A stretch of 63,677 nt of DNA, filler included, from Stramenopiles sp. TOSAG23-3 (Eukaryota): assembly GCA_900128585.1 (NCBI GenBank). It is 5 parts of 5 records of this genome, joined end to end, with 100 filler letters (N's around TTAATTAATTAA, not from the genome) between each part and the next. Parts side by side here need not be neighbours in the genome. Positions count along the whole stretch, not along the records: positions 1 to 12,687 come from LT642669.1; 4 more parts are not named here. The stretch is one strand, 5' to 3'. Shown here one piece after another: positions 1 to 8,975 of this stretch. Under the pieces are notes generated by a model. The model was not told the origin of the DNA. It searched no databases and was given only the letters and a program-made list of their open reading frames with translations. Position 1 is the first letter of the stretch. Every line of letters begins with the position of its first letter. The position numbers and the translations under genes were made by a program.

Positions 1-1
1 C

Positions 2-442
2 CCCCAGCACTTTCTCTCGCCCTGATAAAGCCTTTCGAAACAAAGGTTCCGCTTCCTCCAACTTGCCTTGCTTTTCAAGGACAGACGCCAAATGAGTGAG
101 CGATCTCAGCGTCTCAGGATGTTCCTCCCCCAACGCTTTCTTTCTCATCGCCAAACACTTTCGAAACATAGGCTCCGATTCCTTCAACTTGCCTTGGTCT
201 CGGAGCAGCACTGCCAACTTGGTGATCGATCTCACTTTCCCCGCCTCCTCCCGGCGCTGTCGAAGCAAAGATCCCGCTTCGTCCAACTTGCTTCTCCTTT
301 TCTTTCTAACCCCTTTTCTTTTGGAGTTTCCCTCGGTTGTACTGCTGTTCATGAACCAGTACGCCGTCCCTGCCGCTACGGCAACACCCATCGCGACGGC
401 CAGAAGAGTGGTGGTGATAGTTTTCCTGTCGGACATTTTCAT
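2..442 (-). CDS. Kinesin-light-chain-like TPR protein with N-terminal membrane anchor (partial; runs off the window start)
   Basis: Manual minus-strand translation from ATG 442 (not in the ORF track): MKMSDRKTITTTLLAVAMGVAVAAGTAYWF...LAVLLRDQGKLKESEPMFRKCLAMRKKALGEEHPETLRSLTHLASVLEKQGKLEEAEPLFRKALSGREKVLG. These are typical TPR_10/TPR_12-type 42-aa repeats. Confidence 0.85.
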   Translation of the reverse strand, partial: MKMSDRKTITTTLLAVAMGVAVAAGTAYWFMNSSTTEGNSKRKGVRKKRRSKLDEAGSLLRQRREEAGKVRSITKLAVLLRDQGKLKESEPMFRKCLAMRKKALGEEHPETLRSLTHLASVLEKQGKLEEAEPLFRKALSGREKVLG

Positions 443-1395
443 TAACACTTTTCACGGTTACACAATTTTTCCAGTTCTAAATCCCCTGATTAATATTGTG
501 ATGTTGTTCTTCGGGGGGGTTACCAGAGTCGTCATCACACATCTACCTATCAAGAGAAACTTGCTAAAAAGAAAGAGAAAAACAACAACAACAACACAAA
601 AAAGATTTCGAAATCGTCGCGTGGGTCTAGACTAACCAGGTACCAAGGGAAAATTATAATAATAATACCTACTACCCTCCTGGTAGAAGAATCGTCTTCT
701 AGCGTCATCAGAGCGTCAGTCCAGACAGTCAGTCACGACGACGTCATTCACGAGGAGAAGGAGGAAGGAGGGAGAGGAGAGGAGGAAGGGGGTGGGTTGT
801 TTTATTACTACTACTCTGGTTTAATTTTTACCAAAAAAAAATAATAATTATATCTTTTTATTATAATATGCATAGTAGCTACTGTATTATTATTATTTAA
901 TTATAACTAGTCCTAGTGAGTTGAGGTACCGTACCTGTAATAATACCTTACCTGTACCTAAATTCGTTTTTGATAGAAGAAAGCAATAGGCAATAATAGT
1001 TGCTTAAATGACATTAGATCGCCGCAACTCTTCCTCTTTTATGGAAGAAAATGCGGGATGGAGGTGTTTTTAATCTTCCAAGCCAAGGAGGAGGAAGAAG
1101 AAAGAAGGAGGAGGAAGGGAGGAAGGAGGAGGAGAGAGAACTAATATTATAAAATACTAGAGTCTATAAAATATACAACAATATAATAATAAAAAAATAT
1201 AATAAATAATAATAATAATAAAAATCCATCCTCCAGGAGGGGGTGGTCGGTTGGAACTTGGAACTGAAAGAAATAATAATCGTAATTGATTTAAAATGGT
1301 GAGAGTCTTAAAGCAAGGGTATACAATTAGTTTTTTTTAATAGGATTATTAATTCTTCATCAAAACAAAGTTCGTAGTTAAATTTGTGTATCAGT

Positions 1396-2409
1396 ATGAA
1401 GCAATGCACCTTCTTTGCCTGGGCTACGGTGATGGGCTCCCTCCTTCTTGCAGCGCCGGGGAGCTCTGCGCCCTTGTCGCTGGTATGCATTGGGGACTGG
1501 GGCGGCGAGAGCGATCAGATCCCCTCGAACGCTGCGCAAAAGGCTGCGTCGGCGGGAATGGCGAAAGTGTCTGACGAAATCGATGCCCAAGGTGTTTTGC
1601 TGTTGGGCGATAACTTTTACTCTCGCGGGGTGGAAACCAACACATCGAAGCGTTTCCAGGAAACGTTCGAAGAAGTTTACCCTGTGGAAGCGTTCAAGAG
1701 CCTTCCCTTTTTCGTCATCGCCGGAAATCACGACCACGCGGGGAACGTACAGGCCCAGATTGACTATCATGGGTCGCCGCGCTGGCACTTCCCAGAACTG
1801 TACTACACGCTTCCATTCCAGTTTACGTCTTCAACCGGTGTCGCGCGTACGGTGGATCTCATAATGATCGACACGGTAGATTTGTGCGGCTTGTGCGAGG
1901 AAGAGTACGTCGGTTGCCCTTTGGTTGGCGCGGCAGAGGACGATGTGCAGTGGCAATGGCTCGAGAAAGAACTGGAAGCCAGCACGGCGGACTTTCTTTG
2001 GGTTGGGGGGCACTACCCAATTTATAGCGCTGGTGGGGACGGAACTACGCCGCTGCTTGTCCAAAAACTGCTTCCTTTGCTGAAGAAGCACGGTGCCCAC
2101 TACATCTCCGGGCATGACCATATGCATGAGCATTTGCTGAGTGAGGGTGTGAACATGGTTGTTACTGGGCCTGGTAGGATGTGCTGCTACAACACCACAA
2201 ACTTTCACACTGTGCCTGCGGGCGCAATCAAGTACATGGTCGAGGGGCCAAATGGGCACGGACCAAAATCGAACTTGCCAAAGAACACCACTATGATAAG
2301 TGGGTTTTCCAGCTTGCAATTCGATGATGTTGTTACCATGACACTGTACAAAGAGTCAGGGGAGGCGCTTTATCGTGCCCCACCGATTCCTCCGCGAGGA
2401 GGGAAGTGA
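1396..2409 (+). CDS. ACP5: Secreted purple acid phosphatase (tartrate-resistant acid phosphatase type 5-like metallophosphoesterase)
   Basis: Signal peptide plus all five PAP blocks: GDWG, GDNFY, GNHD, VGGH and GHDH. First ATG at 1396. Confidence 0.9.
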   Translation: MKQCTFFAWATVMGSLLLAAPGSSAPLSLVCIGDWGGESDQIPSNAAQKAASAGMAKVSDEIDAQGVLLLGDNFYSRGVETNTSKRFQETFEEVYPVEAFKSLPFFVIAGNHDHAGNVQAQIDYHGSPRWHFPELYYTLPFQFTSSTGVARTVDLIMIDTVDLCGLCEEEYVGCPLVGAAEDDVQWQWLEKELEASTADFLWVGGHYPIYSAGGDGTTPLLVQKLLPLLKKHGAHYISGHDHMHEHLLSEGVNMVVTGPGRMCCYNTTNFHTVPAGAIKYMVEGPNGHGPKSNLPKNTTMISGFSSLQFDDVVTMTLYKESGEALYRAPPIPPRGGK

Positions 2410-2874
2410 ATTATCTTCTTCGTGTAATGGCTGTGATTTTTTCGTATGATTATTAATTTTTAACATTCTTTTTAGTTACGAATACCACGAAACACAAACT
2501 GCCGCGAAAGATAATCCACAATTAAGGACATGTACCTCCGGGATAACGATGTGAGACCCTTCGGAATCTAAGACGACTATAGATATCATATACATTTGCA
2601 AGTAAAAAATATTTATTTTTATCAGGGTGACACAATGAAAAATAGTTATAATAACATTAGAGAGCATAGACTAAACGCTCGACCAGTTGAGGAAAAGTAG
2701 TGCCCATCGTGAATATATAATGTGTGTAAAAAAGAGCGAGTGCAATTTCTTCTTTTTACAGGTTTTTCTTACGTGTATATATTTTTGCTCTAATAATATA
2801 CAACAAAACGATAAAAATATCTTTACAATAACAATTACTGATTTTACTTCTGAACATCAACGGCTTTCGCCACA

Positions 2875-4218
2875 ATGTCTCAGGCACAACGAAAGTGCAA
2901 TGTTTTAGAGACTATTTTTGCGCAAGCGAACATTACCGTAGGCGCATGTGTTGGTTTTGAACGCCCATTCCAAACCCATGTTGTCCAAAGGGCAATAAAA
3001 GGCTGCTTGGACGCAAGCATTTGTGGTTGTACGAAAGTTTCGGGGGTTGGTGGCACAGACGCATGCATACTGTCCCTGCGCAAACCGGGCGAACGGGTCG
3101 TCCGCACTATTTGCTACCCTGCTGGAGCGAACATTTCAGAAGCTTTTCAGAAGTTACTTGATATGCCCAACTCATTTTCTCCAGCCACGGTTGACGCCGT
3201 TGTTTTAGTAGAACCAGGCAACAATAACAACTGCCGTGGAGTTTGTTTCAACGGTAATCATTGCCTCTGGGACGGGAAAAGTATTGTTAATATCATCGAA
3301 ACCTTTGCGTCGTTGCTGTCACAGGCCAACGAAGGGGAGCTGAAAGACGTTACTCTGCCATCAAAAATATGCTATGAATGGGGTCAATTACTAAAAGATA
3401 ACATTGGAACACCACTAGCCACTCCCGCGTATTTGCCTATCGATTTTGAAAATCCAGGAAGTATAGTTACAATGAAGGATATACAAGTTTGTTTTAACGA
3501 AGAAAAGAAGGACAATTATGGAGTTTGTGACGTTAGAATTGATTTTGAACCAGAATTGTTTAAAGGCATACTGGGCTTGCTGCGCAGAAAACAGTCTGGG
3601 TCTTTGACAGGTCTTTTGACTGTTTGCCTTCAACAGGCGCTGGGGGAAATATGCTTGTCTCCAAAATCTGAGGGTCCTAACCGTTTTGGGACAAGCTGCA
3701 ACATTGCCACAAGAATATTGGTTGATTTGAGACAGGCGCTTGGAAACGATGTGGGCAGAGACAATCATATATCCCAATGTTTTGGAAATGTTATTGTTGG
3801 GAATACCATAAAGCTGCTGAATGACACAGACGGCCCTAATATTTTATTGGAACTATCCAAATCAACAACGTTGGCCTTAAGAAGTCGTATTGCGAGAGGC
3901 GAAGCGAATGCAGCGAGTCTAATTTCAAGCGAAGGAAACTTTAATGATGGACAGACGGACCATGCAACCTTTGAAATATCTAATTTTGGCATTTATGATG
4001 TTGGTGAAGACACTGTCGTATACCACACCCAACGATATGAAGGATATGATGGCGTCAGTATCTTAACGCACAGTGAAAAAATCAAGGGGGTCTTCCGTCT
4101 AGGAGCATCACTGATGGGCCCCATCAACCCAAAGCTCATCGCGACTGCCTTGCGGCGCACTAAAGAACTTTTCCATGTGCTGCTTGCAAAGGAGAACAGA
4201 GAGCCGCAGCTGAATTAA
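2875..4218 (+). CDS. Putative CoA-dependent acyltransferase / condensation-fold protein
   Basis: 447-aa ORF with an HxxxDG motif (NHCLWDG) at the expected position, plus later VDLR and SNFG segments typical of alcohol acyltransferase/PapA5-like proteins. Confidence 0.55.
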   Translation: MSQAQRKCNVLETIFAQANITVGACVGFERPFQTHVVQRAIKGCLDASICGCTKVSGVGGTDACILSLRKPGERVVRTICYPAGANISEAFQKLLDMPNSFSPATVDAVVLVEPGNNNNCRGVCFNGNHCLWDGKSIVNIIETFASLLSQANEGELKDVTLPSKICYEWGQLLKDNIGTPLATPAYLPIDFENPGSIVTMKDIQVCFNEEKKDNYGVCDVRIDFEPELFKGILGLLRRKQSGSLTGLLTVCLQQALGEICLSPKSEGPNRFGTSCNIATRILVDLRQALGNDVGRDNHISQCFGNVIVGNTIKLLNDTDGPNILLELSKSTTLALRSRIARGEANAASLISSEGNFNDGQTDHATFEISNFGIYDVGEDTVVYHTQRYEGYDGVSILTHSEKIKGVFRLGASLMGPINPKLIATALRRTKELFHVLLAKENREPQLN

Positions 4219-4367
4219 ATGTGAGTCAAAGCACTAAGAAATTAAGTTTTAGACGTGCAGCATGAATTTTTCTCTCCTCAGTTTTCGACGAATAAATTCT
4301 TCAAACCCATCTTGTGTATATTCTTAGTAACCTCTACTTTTAGTTTCGAATATAAGATTTTTATTAT

Positions 4368-4522
4368 AAAACAAAAAAAATTGGCTGTTATTTTAAGTAA
4401 TTTAAAAACAAGAAAATTGGCTGTTATTATATTTAAGTATTATAGTGTTTATTAATTAAATTTAGCTTCCTCATACCCTAATCCTAACTTGGTTCAAGTA
4501 ATTAAAATTTAGCTTCCTCATA
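4368..4522 (+). repeat. Dispersed two-module repeat, copy arranged A-A-B-B'
   Basis: Module A (AAAAACAAGAAAATTGGCTGTTATT) occurs twice. Module B (TAATTAAATTTAGCTTCCTCATACCCTAATCCTAACTTGGTTC) occurs once complete and once partial. The reverse complement recurs at 10957-11061. Confidence 0.9.
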
Positions 4523-4693
4523 TACACCGCGAAAATGAATCTACTCAGCTTTTGTCCATTTTTATTATCTCACGCGTATTTATGCATTTTGATTTATACG
4601 AGCGTTCGAATTACTTCGTAAGAATTTATCATTCTGTGCTTCTCTGCGCATTTGTTGTTGCTCTTAATCCCCGAGTTATTCTTTAAAAGAGCT

Positions 4694-6328
4694 TCACTTA
4701 CATTTAATCTCCACGGAAACTTCGGCCCCCATGATGGGACTGGTTACCCCCCCTTCACCTCCACCAGAGAGCAGGGACAGCACCCTCGTCGTCTCGTTAT
4801 AAGACTGTGCAAACCAACCTTTTGGCTCCACGGACACATTGAACCCGTTCGGATAGTAGTACTCCGAGGACACAAAAATTTCCGTGGGCATCGTGATGCT
4901 AGTATTCAACGCGAACGACAGCGTGAACGCCCCGTCCCCGTCCTCACCCAGGTCTCTGCCGTCGCCGTTGAACTTCATGGAAGTGATGTTTCCCGCCACC
5001 GCGGAGGCATACGTCCGCGCCATTTCTTTGGCGTGATATGGCCTGTTTGTTGCCATGTCCCAGGGCTTTCCGTAGCCCGTCTTGCAGGCCCCGAACTCTC
5101 CCCACTGTTCTTGTCGGGTCGAATTGAATATAAAATTGGACTCCCGGCAAAACGTTTTCCACTCCCACACCGCCCAGCTCTGGCGGAACGAGTCCGCAGT
5201 GTCGGCGACCCCGCCCTTTGCCCCAAAGTAGGAGTCTTGGTCGGGTGCGAACGTTTCCGTGAGCATCCTCCCAGTCTGGATCCGTTTTGCCTCGTTTCGG
5301 TGAAAGTACATTTGCAACTCTACCGTTCCAGGGAACTGGGGCCCGTCCGGCAACGAGTAGTAGTGGTACGCAAGTACCGACCGTCCTGCTTCTTCTGGGC
5401 CTATCGGCGGGGCGGTGAAGGCTTCACCAAAATCGTCCCAGGGCATGCCAGGGAAAAACACCAAGTGGTCCTGGTCCACCTTTCGAATCTGTTGGGTAAC
5501 GTTCCCGTACGCGCCCTGGAGAAGCGTCCTGTCCGCTGACCACGGCGGTATTGGCAAAATTATCTGGGGGCTGTGGTAAATGTCTCCCGCAAAGGGTTCG
5601 TTGATCAGCTCGTACCCCAGCACCGACGTTGTGTTCTGAAACACAGCCGCGATGTACTCCCACACGCTCCCCCAGCTGTCCCGCACCCCGTCGACGTTCG
5701 TCCAAAGGGCTTGCCATGCGCTACCGGTCTCTTCGGCCAAGTACCCGTTCGCCCAGGGGTGCCGCTCACAATCCTGCCTGGTCGGGTACCCATGCTTGTC
5801 AAGGTCGGTGTACGGCTCGTGGATCGGCATAGGGAACTTGCCAAAGTAATTCTTCTCCTTGTCGTCCACGACCGCCCAGTCCGGAAAGCCTTCGCCACAG
5901 AATTTCTCGTTCAGCACGTCCTGGTGCATGTCCAGCAGCACGTAGATCCCTCGGGCCTCGGCCATGCGAACGATCTTACGGACGGTCTCCATGTACGTCC
6001 TGTTGTACACGCCGCGCTCGGGCTCCAGCCCCGCCCACATGGTCCCGAGTCGTATTACGTTCAGTCCGAGCGCTTGCATAAGCTCCAGGTCTCTCTCAGA
6101 CAACGACGTGTCCGTCGAGAACACCTCGGTTTCCGGTATCCAAGGCGGGCCTTTGACCACTACGTTGGTCCCGTGAAAAATGCGCTCCCTCCCGTAGATA
6201 TCTTCAAAAACACGGTACGCACCTTTGGAATATTTCAGACCGATCGGGGGCAGCCCCCTCCCGCAAACATACCGAAGGCCAAGAACGAGCAGTGCAAGGC
6301 AGGAAACCGTAGCGCGACGACGAGGCAT
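4694..6328 (-). CDS. Secreted glycoside hydrolase family 5 endoglycoceramidase-like enzyme
   Basis: Signal peptide; GRERIFHGTNVV, LDMHQD, YELINEP (acid/base), YHYY and LTE (nucleophile); C-terminal GH5_C-like beta domain (ARTYASAVAG...PTEIFV...YYPNGF). Confidence 0.9.
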   Translation of the reverse strand: MPRRRATVSCLALLVLGLRYVCGRGLPPIGLKYSKGAYRVFEDIYGRERIFHGTNVVVKGPPWIPETEVFSTDTSLSERDLELMQALGLNVIRLGTMWAGLEPERGVYNRTYMETVRKIVRMAEARGIYVLLDMHQDVLNEKFCGEGFPDWAVVDDKEKNYFGKFPMPIHEPYTDLDKHGYPTRQDCERHPWANGYLAEETGSAWQALWTNVDGVRDSWGSVWEYIAAVFQNTTSVLGYELINEPFAGDIYHSPQIILPIPPWSADRTLLQGAYGNVTQQIRKVDQDHLVFFPGMPWDDFGEAFTAPPIGPEEAGRSVLAYHYYSLPDGPQFPGTVELQMYFHRNEAKRIQTGRMLTETFAPDQDSYFGAKGGVADTADSFRQSWAVWEWKTFCRESNFIFNSTRQEQWGEFGACKTGYGKPWDMATNRPYHAKEMARTYASAVAGNITSMKFNGDGRDLGEDGDGAFTLSFALNTSITMPTEIFVSSEYYYPNGFNVSVEPKGWFAQSYNETTRVLSLLSGGGEGGVTSPIMGAEVSVEIKCK

Positions 6329-6510
6329 CGGGAGGCGCGGGGGGAGAATTAATTGCCAAGGTGGCCAAGTAGGAAAAACACGTGCAGGGGGGTTGAAATC
6401 GTACTTCCTGGCTTGTTCTTCTCTACTTTCTCAATTTTCTCCCTCATTAAACAAAATTTTAATTGGCGGAGGATATGAATTGTAATACATTTACATCTTC
6501 ATGTCCTGTA

Positions 6511-6572
6511 TGCATAGAAGAAGAGTTGTAATCACATTGTTTGCATAGAAGAAGAGTCGTAATCACATTGTT
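6511..6572. repeat. Tandem duplication of a ~31-bp unit
   Basis: TGCATAGAAGAAGAGT(T/C)GTAATCACATTGTT occurs twice, head to tail. Confidence 0.8.
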
Positions 6573-7206
6573 TTTTTATTATACCCGAGAGTGTAGGAGA
6601 GGAGTGGTGAATTAGTTAGAATTTAAACCGGAATGACGACGTCATCACGTCATCGTGGAAATTTGTTTGTTTGTTTGTGTTTGGTTTTGCCTGCTGTGCT
6701 GCTGAAAAAAATCTTTCTTTTTTTCTTTCTTTTTTTCTTTCGTTCTTCTTTTTTCTTTCTTCATTTCTTTCTTTCTTGTATGAATTTCAAATTGGCATTA
6801 ACATATAGGAATAGTATTAATGATGAATGATCTCCTCACTTTGTTATTTACACATTAAGGCTCTCTCTCATCATCATCTCTCATTTCATTTCTTCATTTC
6901 TCATTCTTCTCTATCTTTTTATTTCTTCTTCTTCTTCCTTCATTCTTCTTCATTCACATCATTAATATAATATTATTATTTTTTTATTAATATTTTTTAA
7001 TATTATTTACGAAAATAATAAATTCAATCACATCAACAAAAAAAAAGGAGAAGAAAAGAAATGCAAAATTAGAAAGAAAAACATACAGAACGTTCTGAAC
7101 ACCATATCAACCCATGGACAGTAGAGAAAGTTCTTCTTCTCTCACGTAAACAAGGGAAAGAAAATCTCGAAAAGAAGAAAGGAACGATAGGTTGGCAGCT
7201 AGGACG

Positions 7207-8313
7207 ATGGAATATTCCGAGGAACTGGCGAGCTCCGCTCCCCCCAACTCATGCTGCGAGTACACCAACTTAAAGGGTGAGCAAAAGTCGGTGCTTCAAT
7301 GCCTTTGCGCGTGCGATGAAGTCGATGAAACGTTCGATGCGATGGTGAATGGGAAAGAAATAAAAGACGGGAAGTGGGACCAAATGATGGCTGTCGTGTC
7401 GGACCGAGTCCGTGTTCCGTGGTTTGGTGGCGCGGTGAAGGTCAGCGCGTTCTTTTTTGTCTGCCCCTTGTACATACACTTTTGCCTGCTCGTTGCTTCT
7501 TTCTCCTTCAAAGCAACCGTGGTTACCGTGTCTGCGATGATGGTCGGCGTGCCTCTGTACATCTCGTGGAAGTCTATGAAATCCGCGAGACAGGCAAGGT
7601 CGAAGCTGCTGATGCATTGGACAAACTGGTCGGTGGGGATGGTGATATTTCACTACTTTCGCACGACCCGGCCGTTGTCCATGACGTTGTGGGAAAGGCT
7701 CACGTGCGACCTGGTGGGCGCCGGAGTGTGCTGGGCGTGCTGGTCCATCCACCGCGCTCGCCTCGGAGCCGTCACCTCCATCGAAAAGCCAGAGCATCAC
7801 GGGTCGGAGTCCCTGTTACAGTACTACTTGAGCCACCGGGGTCGGCGGTTAAAGTACTGCCGAATTACCGACCGTGTGGTGGAAGGGTATGACCACTACT
7901 GCATTTGGATCGGGTCAGCAGTCGGCAAAGCGAACCACCGCATGTTCGTCGCCTTGCTGCTGTTTCTTTCGAGCGGGGGGTTCTTGTTTTCGTCGCACGC
8001 GTCGGGGCACATGCTCGCAGGACACTCCTTGGTAGTGTTGTACCAGATGAACCATTCGAACTACACTCTTGCAATGGCGTATTACGCGTTTGTAGCATCT
8101 ACGGGAATATTTTTGCTTTTCGTACACCATTGTATTTTGATCGCCCGGGGCCTGACGAGCTACGAGGCGACGCACCTTCAGAAACTGTCCCGGGCCATGC
8201 CGGACTGGCGAAAGCACGGTCCGGCAGAAGACCGGGGGGTCGCAAAAAATTGCATGCGCTTCTGGTGTCCAAAATTCCTTACAAAAGGGGAACGAGGACT
8301 TCCGGTCGACTGA
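7207..8313 (+). CDS. ZDHHC23: DHHC-family palmitoyltransferase, ZDHHC23-like, with DHYC variant
   Basis: DHYCIWIGSAVGKANHRMF core, GLTSYE (TTxE-like) motif and several TM helices. The N-terminal CCEYTNLKGE...CLCACDEVDE and RVPWFGGAVKV segments resemble the ZDHHC23 N-terminus as I recall it. Confidence 0.8.
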   Translation: MEYSEELASSAPPNSCCEYTNLKGEQKSVLQCLCACDEVDETFDAMVNGKEIKDGKWDQMMAVVSDRVRVPWFGGAVKVSAFFFVCPLYIHFCLLVASFSFKATVVTVSAMMVGVPLYISWKSMKSARQARSKLLMHWTNWSVGMVIFHYFRTTRPLSMTLWERLTCDLVGAGVCWACWSIHRARLGAVTSIEKPEHHGSESLLQYYLSHRGRRLKYCRITDRVVEGYDHYCIWIGSAVGKANHRMFVALLLFLSSGGFLFSSHASGHMLAGHSLVVLYQMNHSNYTLAMAYYAFVASTGIFLLFVHHCILIARGLTSYEATHLQKLSRAMPDWRKHGPAEDRGVAKNCMRFWCPKFLTKGERGLPVD

Positions 8314-8975
8314 CATAAGTTGGCGTCTAACCTTGAAGTGAGTAAAGTCTATCGCTATTAGACTGTTTGTAATTAAAAACCAGGCGACGGACGGCGTTGG
8401 TATTAATAATAGTCAGTCTACCCAAGTCGCCTCTATTAAATATGATTTGTTAAAGTATTCCTTAAATTATAATGCAGTCGGACGGACACTTCTTCTTCTA
8501 TTATTTAAATACGTTTTAAACTTTAAATAAAATTAAGAAGAGAAGAAGAAGAAGAAGAAAAAAAGGAATCTTCTTCTTTCATTGCTTGTTTCTATTGGCT
8601 GTTAAATTATTACTACTATTTATGTGTAGTCTAATATCTAATACTTCTATTAATTATTATATTTTTTATATTAAAATATGAAATAATAATTATTAATAAA
8701 ATAAAAAATAATTTTAAAAAAAATAATAATGTAAAATTATAATATTTTTAAATTAAACAAAAATTGAAAATTGAATGAAACAATTTGGTAATGGTCATTG
8801 TAAAATACATTTTTATACAGCCAGTCTATGTAATGATACCCCTTCTATTCTTATCGATTATTGACAAAAAAGAACAGCGTCTGTTAATTTGTTTTTATTT
8901 TTTTAAATTCAAATCTTTTAGTACCCAACCGTCGCATGCACGCAACGCCTAGTTCTCACGCTTACGCTGCTCAAA

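Noticed and set aside
68-635. Plus-strand ORFs 68-445 and 96-635
   Set aside because: Antisense shadows of the minus-strand TPR gene.
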